From the IMG/VR virus record IMGVR_UViG_3300024270_002537: 64,000 nt of DNA; one strand, given 5' to 3'. The notes under the pieces are model-generated. The model searched no databases. It was not told where the DNA came from and saw nothing but the letters and a program-made list of their open reading frames with translations. This stretch comes from an uncultured virus (IMG/VR IMGVR_UViG_3300024270_002537) (taxonomy: Duplodnaviria > Heunggongvirae > Uroviricota > Caudoviricetes). Positions 58,921-64,000 of this stretch are shown here, piece after piece. Every line of letters starts with the position of its first letter. Position 1 is the stretch's first letter. The position numbers and the translations under genes were made by a program.

Positions 58921-58955
58921 AGGTTAAAATCCACATCATTTTCTTTGCCTGTGAC
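58921..58955 (+). promoter_or_regulatory. bipartite phage promoter motif, copy 3
   Basis: AGGTTAAAA-N14-TTTGCCTGTGAC upstream of the 56-aa ORF and recombinases. Confidence 0.7.
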
Positions 58956-58994
58956 ATAGGAGGGAATCCCTCACTATGTTTTGGGAGGTGCGGT

Positions 58995-59165
58995 ATGAGC
59001 AACCATGATAATGCAAGTATCAGTCAGGAAGAAATTGATAGAACAGCACGTATCAATATGGAAGTGTGCGCTACTTTTGTGGCAAGGATGATTCAAAAAT
59101 ATGGGCATGAAGTGTTGGCGGAGATCGAGGAAATGAAGTCAAAAGAGAATACGAATGAGCAGTGA
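58995..59165 (+). CDS. 56-aa hypothetical protein (candidate excision/directionality factor)
   Basis: Translated by hand: MSNHDNASISQEEIDRTARINMEVCATFVARMIQKYGHEVLAEIEEMKSKENTNEQ, RBS GGGAGGT. Confidence 0.7.
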   Translation: MSNHDNASISQEEIDRTARINMEVCATFVARMIQKYGHEVLAEIEEMKSKENTNEQ

Positions 59166-59289
59166 GATGAGCCGGTTGCATTTTTTTGTAATCGGCTCAT
59201 TTTACCCGCTGACGCAATCGAAAAAGTGCGTTATATTTTAGATCCAAACATGAAAGACGAACAATCATTGAGCAACCGAAAAGGGGGAT

Positions 59290-61173
59290 ATGATGAGAAA
59301 GAAAAAATGTTATATATACACCAGAGTATCCACGATGGCTCAGACAGAGGGTTACAGTTTGGAAGCACAAGTCGAAAGGCTCCGTGAATACGCTGAATAT
59401 AGAAATTTGCAGATTGTTGGTGAATACTGTGACGCGGGTAAATCCGGAAAAAGCATAAAAGGAAGACCGGCTTTTCAGGAGATGATGGATGACATTGTAA
59501 ATGGGAAAGATGATGTTTCCTATGTGTTGGTATTCAAGTTATCCAGATTCGGAAGAAACGCTGCAGACGTTCTTAAATCCATGCAGTTACTGAATGATTA
59601 TGATGTGGATTTGGTATGTGTGGATGATGCGATAGATAGTTCCACACAGGGCGGAAGACTCACTCTGGCGATTCTCTCAGCCGTAGCCGAAATTGAGAGA
59701 GAAAACATAACCGTTCAGTTCAATGCCGGTAGGATGCAGAAAGTTTTGGAAGGTGGATGGCCTGGTGGACCAGTTCCGTATGGGTATAGAAACATCAAAA
59801 AACAGATGCAGATTGAACCCACGGAAGCGGAGTTGGTTAAGAAAATGTTTGAAGCATTTCTTATAGATGGAATGACAACCACATCCGTAGCGGCTTATAT
59901 GAATGAACAAGGATACCGCAGAGTGATTAAAGGCGAAGAAAGACCATTTACCTATGACTTTGTTGCAAATGCGTTGGAGAATCCGTTTTATTGTGGAAAG
60001 ATTCTGTACGGGAAACGAAGTAAGAAAAAAGATGTCATGGTCATACAGGGGATTCATGAACCGATTGTAGATGAAGATTTATGGAAACAAGTGCAAGCGA
60101 AAAGAAAAGAATTATCTGTGAAATGGCAAAAGGTAGATGATCCTGAGCGAATCAGCATACTATCCGGTTTGGTTAAATGCCCGCTGTGTGGCAAAGGCAT
60201 GATTGCAACAAAGAATAAGCATGTGAATAAGAACAGAGGTGGTCATTATAAAACCATTCATTATTATTCATGTAGGAATCATCGTAAATCCAGTGGTCGT
60301 GAATGTTCTTTTACTCGCCAACTTAATCAGTCAAAGATTGATTCCAGTGTGTTTGAAATCTTTTCTGGGATTACAGCGTTGCCGGAATACCATGAGATGA
60401 TTGCGAATGTGCTAGGGAATCAGCCTTCTGTGGAACTATTGGAAAACGAATTGAAAGCCCTGAGGAAACAGCTTAGAAGTTATGAAACCCAGAAACGAAA
60501 ACTGGGAGAGGAGTTGGATGGGCTTGATATTCTGGATGATGATTATGATGAAAACTACGATAGGATACAGTCTGAGATGGATGAAATCTATGACAGAATG
60601 GATGATGCAGAATCTGCTATATCGAAGATAAAAAAGAAACTGTCTGCGACTAAGAATGGAATCCGTTCTATTGAAAAGGTCAAGGAGTTGGTGGAACATA
60701 TGCAGTTGCTCTTTCCTAAAATGACCTGTGACGAGCAAAAGGAGATGTACCGATTGTTCATTGAACGAATAGACATTTATCCGGAAGAACAAGATAATGG
60801 GAAGCTGATAAAAAGTATCACCTTTAAGTTTCCTGTTTATTATGAAGATTATGAGACAGTACCTACTAAAACACCGGATGATCAGATTGGATTTGTATTA
60901 GATTGCAGTACATTAGGTCTGACGGTGGCAGAGGCAAAAGCAACATATGCAGAGATTAAAGCATATGTGAAAGAAAAGTATGGTGCTCCTGTTCATTCGT
61001 TATATATTGCTCAGATTAAAAAGAAATATGGTTTGGACATGGGGGTAAATTACAACCTATCCAAAAAGGAAAATGCAAGAGTTCCGACCTGTCCTAAAGA
61101 GAAAGAGGCGTACATTGTGGATGCATTGAAACATTTTAGGATGTTGGACATGTCGGTGGAAATGGAGGCGTAG
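59290..61173 (+). CDS. large serine recombinase 1 with extra C-terminal HTH-like domain
   Basis: YTRVST, DAGKSG, KLSRFGRN, LSGLVKCPLCG zinc ribbon, coiled coil, then KATYAEIKAYV...DALKHF. Confidence 0.93.
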   Translation: MMRKKKCYIYTRVSTMAQTEGYSLEAQVERLREYAEYRNLQIVGEYCDAGKSGKSIKGRPAFQEMMDDIVNGKDDVSYVLVFKLSRFGRNAADVLKSMQLLNDYDVDLVCVDDAIDSSTQGGRLTLAILSAVAEIERENITVQFNAGRMQKVLEGGWPGGPVPYGYRNIKKQMQIEPTEAELVKKMFEAFLIDGMTTTSVAAYMNEQGYRRVIKGEERPFTYDFVANALENPFYCGKILYGKRSKKKDVMVIQGIHEPIVDEDLWKQVQAKRKELSVKWQKVDDPERISILSGLVKCPLCGKGMIATKNKHVNKNRGGHYKTIHYYSCRNHRKSSGRECSFTRQLNQSKIDSSVFEIFSGITALPEYHEMIANVLGNQPSVELLENELKALRKQLRSYETQKRKLGEELDGLDILDDDYDENYDRIQSEMDEIYDRMDDAESAISKIKKKLSATKNGIRSIEKVKELVEHMQLLFPKMTCDEQKEMYRLFIERIDIYPEEQDNGKLIKSITFKFPVYYEDYETVPTKTPDDQIGFVLDCSTLGLTVAEAKATYAEIKAYVKEKYGAPVHSLYIAQIKKKYGLDMGVNYNLSKKENARVPTCPKEKEAYIVDALKHFRMLDMSVEMEA

Positions 61174-61176
61174 GAA

Positions 61177-63249
61177 GTGAAAAGTAAAAGATTAAAATGT
61201 TATATATACATCAGAGTATCAACCGCAATGCAGGTAGATGGATACAGTTTGGAAGCCCAGAATGATAGACTTACAAAATATGCAGAATTTCAGGGGATGG
61301 AAGTTGTTAAGGTTTATTGCGATGCTGGTAAATCCGGAAAGAACATTACAGGCAGACCGGAGTTCACACAGATGCTTCAGGATGTGGCGGATGGAAAAGA
61401 TGGTGTTGATTACATTCTGGTATTCAAGTTATCGCGTTTTGGAAGAAATGCTGCTGATGTATTAAATTCATTGCAATACATACAAGATTTTGGTGTAAAC
61501 CTTATCTGTGTGGAAGATGGAATTGATTCATCAAAGGACTCTGGAAAACTTACCATCACGGTATTATCTGCTGTTGCAGAAATTGAGCGTGAGAACATTC
61601 TGGTTCAGACAATGGAAGGAAGAAAGCAGAAAGCCAGAGAGGGAAAATGGAATGGTGGTCAGGCACCATTTGGGTACACACTGGATTCTAAGAACAGCAC
61701 TCTGATTGTGAACCCGGAAGAAGCTGAATTGGTAAAACTCATTTATGAGAAATATGTATATGAAGACATGGGATTGGATACAATAGCAAACTTCCTGAAT
61801 GACCGTGGTTATAAAAAGAAGAAGACCAGAAGACGTGAATTGGATTATTTTACAAGGGGAACAGTAAAGAACATTCTGGACAATCCGGTATATGCGGGTA
61901 AAATCGCATACGGGAAAAATGTTACCGAAAAGGTCAAGGGTACCAGAGACCAGTTCCGAAGAGTTAAGAGCGACGAATATCTTTTGGTAGATGGTCTCCA
62001 TGATGCCATCATTGATGAAGAATTGTGGATGCAGACCAAAGCCAAAAGAAAAATAACCGGGGTAAAATGGAACAAGACACATAGTCTGGAGCATGAACAC
62101 ATTTTATCTGGCATTATAAAATGTCCGATATGTGGACATGGTCTGAGTGGTACGGTAAGACGTCGCAAGAATAAGAAAACCGGAGACTATGTGGATGATT
62201 TCTATTATCGCTGTCAACACAGACACAAGATTGATGACGAGCATTTTTGTAATTTTCAACCGTCTCTTAATCAGAATGATTTTAACCGTGAAGTGGAGCA
62301 AGTGATTCTGGATATGGTAAACCATGAGAGCTTCCGTCAATTTGTTATGGAGAAGGTTAATACAAAAGTTGATGTAAGTGCTCTGGAAGAAGAACGTGAG
62401 AGAATCAGAAAGTTGCTCAGACAGGTAATGGGGGCGAAAACAAAGCTCACAGACATGCTTGATAAACTGGATGTAATGGATAAGCATTATGACCGAAAGT
62501 ATCAGGACATGCATGACAGACTGGATAATCTGTATGATAAGATTTCCGAATATGAAGACAGCATTGCAGATATCACAGCGAGAATTGAAGCTGTATATGG
62601 AAATCAGATTACCGGAAAGCAGATATATGACATTCTGGTACATTTTGAAATGATGTATTATAAAATGACGGACCTTGAAAAGAAAGAGTTTATGAAAGAC
62701 TTCATAAACAGTATAGAACTTTATCCAGAAAAGATGTATAATGGAAGCATCGTGAAACAGATAAATTTTAAGTTCGGTGTTTATTATGAAGGGCAAGAAA
62801 CTATGGATATTCGGTTGCTCAACGAAAAAACAGTCGAGACAGTAGCATTATTAAGTCGGCAAATCAACGTGCATAAAATGAAGTTAAATTCTACACCTTT
62901 TGAAATGATAAAGAGCGGAGAAAAAACGATTGAACTCCGCTTGTTTGATGAAAAACGTCAACAAGTAAAAGTGGGTGACAAGGTTATTTTTACAAATACT
63001 ACTACCGGTGAAATGCTCAACAGAACCGTTGTAAAATTGCACCGTTTTGATAGCTTTGAAGAATTGTACAAGTCTTTGCCGCTTTTACAATGTGGATATA
63101 CAGTAAGTGATGTTGACAGTGCAAAGCCATCTGATATGGAACAGTATTATTCAATTGAAGAACAGAATCAATATGGTGTTGTTGGAATCGAACTTTGTCG
63201 ACATAAAGAAATTACAGACGAGAGTGTTTGTCTGTTGTCAAGAAAATAG
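61177..63249 (+). CDS. large serine integrase 2, reading through attR into an ASCH domain
   Basis: YIRVST, LSGIIKCPICG, coiled coil. After TVETVALLS: HKMKL...MIKSGEKTIELRLFDEKRQQVKVGD (ASCH/PUA-like). Confidence 0.92.
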   Translation: MKSKRLKCYIYIRVSTAMQVDGYSLEAQNDRLTKYAEFQGMEVVKVYCDAGKSGKNITGRPEFTQMLQDVADGKDGVDYILVFKLSRFGRNAADVLNSLQYIQDFGVNLICVEDGIDSSKDSGKLTITVLSAVAEIERENILVQTMEGRKQKAREGKWNGGQAPFGYTLDSKNSTLIVNPEEAELVKLIYEKYVYEDMGLDTIANFLNDRGYKKKKTRRRELDYFTRGTVKNILDNPVYAGKIAYGKNVTEKVKGTRDQFRRVKSDEYLLVDGLHDAIIDEELWMQTKAKRKITGVKWNKTHSLEHEHILSGIIKCPICGHGLSGTVRRRKNKKTGDYVDDFYYRCQHRHKIDDEHFCNFQPSLNQNDFNREVEQVILDMVNHESFRQFVMEKVNTKVDVSALEEERERIRKLLRQVMGAKTKLTDMLDKLDVMDKHYDRKYQDMHDRLDNLYDKISEYEDSIADITARIEAVYGNQITGKQIYDILVHFEMMYYKMTDLEKKEFMKDFINSIELYPEKMYNGSIVKQINFKFGVYYEGQETMDIRLLNEKTVETVALLSRQINVHKMKLNSTPFEMIKSGEKTIELRLFDEKRQQVKVGDKVIFTNTTTGEMLNRTVVKLHRFDSFEELYKSLPLLQCGYTVSDVDSAKPSDMEQYYSIEEQNQYGVVGIELCRHKEITDESVCLLSRK
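62804..62863 (+). other. attR of the prophage (GA at 62836-62837), doubling as the left junction of the ASCH cassette
   Basis: TGGATATTCGGTTGCTCAA-CGAAAAAACAGTC-GA-GACAGTAGCATTA-TTAAGTCGGCAAA. Confidence 0.9.
62838..63221 (+). mobile_element. putative 384-bp integrase-less in-frame ASCH cassette
   Basis: Bounded by two rlmD-end-like motifs (VETVALLS / DESVCLLSRK) with 11/13 inverted arms at the same 13-nt spacing as the phage attP. Confidence 0.6.
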
Positions 63250-63272
63250 TATGAATTTAGCAAAGGGGAAGT

Positions 63273-63635
63273 ATGATGAAGAGTGAAAAACAAGAAAGAT
63301 ATTTAGACAACCTGTTGCTTAGAGGAATGGTGGATGTTCGTAAATTGGCCGGTGTTGCTAATGCGAAAAAACTTCCTAATGGTGAATTTGGTTTTTGTCT
63401 TATGTGTCTTAATGGCAGTACTTTGAATCTTTATGATACTAATTTCGAACAAGAAGTGGGAGAACTTCTTTATTCTATAGATTTGAAAAAAATAGCAAAT
63501 CTTAAAACAAGTTCATTTATATTAAATAGTTATATCAAATTTACTTATGAAGGATTCAACTACAAGTTAGCAGATTGTGCATATAAAGAACTCTATTCTG
63601 CAATTGAAAAGGAAGTAAAAGATATTTTTAATTAA
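63273..63635 (+). CDS. hypothetical protein (AT-rich)
   Basis: 120-aa ORF with RBS AAGGGG. Confidence 0.7.
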   Translation: MMKSEKQERYLDNLLLRGMVDVRKLAGVANAKKLPNGEFGFCLMCLNGSTLNLYDTNFEQEVGELLYSIDLKKIANLKTSSFILNSYIKFTYEGFNYKLADCAYKELYSAIEKEVKDIFN

Positions 63636-63648
63636 GGAGAACTTGAAA

Positions 63649-63684
63649 TAGGGGATAAATCCAAAAACGTGGATTTATCCCCTA
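63649..63684. terminator. hairpin, probable terminator
   Basis: TAGGGGATAAATCC-aaaaacgt-GGATTTATCCCCTA. Confidence 0.6.
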
Positions 63685-63767
63685 AATTTATCTATGGTGA
63701 AATATGTGTTGACTGTAGGTGTCAAGTGTCGTACAATTTATTTATGCAATGCATAAAGGAGACGATG

Positions 63768-64000
63768 TATGGAAGCAAGAGAGGAATTAAGAAAATTAAG
63801 AGAAAGTACCGGTATGAACCGAAAAGAATTTTGCGAGTATTTTGAAATACCTTATATGACGGTGACAGACTGGGAATTGGGGAATAGAAGGGTTCCACCA
63901 TATCTTTTGCGATTGATGGCATATAAGATTCAGATGGAGAAACTGGCTGATAAGAAAGGTGAGAAATACGATGGAAGAAACTACAGGATTGATGACAGTA
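63768..64000 (+). CDS. XRE-family HTH regulator (runs off window)
   Basis: Translated by hand: MEAREELRKLRESTGMNRKEFCEYFEIPYMTVTDWELGNRRVPPY, RBS AAGGAG. Confidence 0.8.

Larger units (their letters stand above)
4478..62837. mobile_element. ~58.4-kb prophage (siphovirus-type, serine-integrase element targeting the rlmD 3' end) with an accessory left arm
   Basis: attL/attR pair, full replication-packaging-head-tail-lysis modules, tandem large serine recombinases at the right end. Confidence 0.92.

Noticed and set aside
58996..59004. TGAGCAACC partial att arm at the start of the 56-aa ORF
   Set aside because: Only 9 bp, which could be chance. The 15-bp match at 59268 was kept instead.
62104..62796. 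230-aa minus-strand ORF and similar long antisense ORFs (53944-54609, 49079-49642)
   Set aside because: Antisense to well-supported genes, with no RBS or recognisable motifs.
13426..62837. Avoidance of GAAGG/CCTTC as support for HpyAV-like specificity
   Set aside because: GAAGG is plainly frequent throughout the element, so there is no support by eye. Specificity remains unassigned without a count or a methylome.
61177..63249. Integrase-ASCH as a genuinely evolved fusion protein or an assembly error
   Set aside because: The fusion point coincides exactly with the attR crossover, so it is best explained as a product of integration.

Overview
This is a Firmicutes (probably Lachnospiraceae-like) chromosomal segment. 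Host genes at the left are mutS2 (partial), an HtrA-like PDZ protein, yhaM and rlmD. A ~58.4-kb temperate siphovirus-like prophage (4478-62837) is integrated in the 3' end of rlmD by a large serine recombinase. Its architecture resembles rumA/rlmD-targeting phi-m46.1-type elements. The attP site can be rebuilt by eye: an 18/19-bp inverted repeat symmetric about a central GA. It lies inside the 3' end of the integrase gene, so integration swaps the C-terminal tails of RlmD and the integrase. Directly to the right is a 384-bp in-frame ASCH-domain mini-cassette that has no integrase but does have its own att-like arms, suggesting stacked 'tail cassettes' at rlmD. The left accessory arm carries SymE, ParAB with a palindrome inside parB, a recombinase/ParB-like operon with a triplicated unknown domain, an RM locus with a fused m5C+m6A methyltransferase and two paralogous HNH endonucleases, and ImmA-HTH regulators. 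Regulatory signals read directly from the DNA include a LexA-box promoter ahead of a Com-like zinc finger, a structured leader ahead of a phage sigma factor, and three identically spaced AGGTTAAAA-N14-TTTGCCTGTGAC sites. Replication, packaging, HK97-type head, long tail and lysis modules appear intact and are interspersed with morons (Mom-like modifier, LRR cassette, PD-(D/E)XK pair). No rRNA, tRNA, CRISPR array or reverse transcriptase was seen. Family names come from motif recognition, not database searches.
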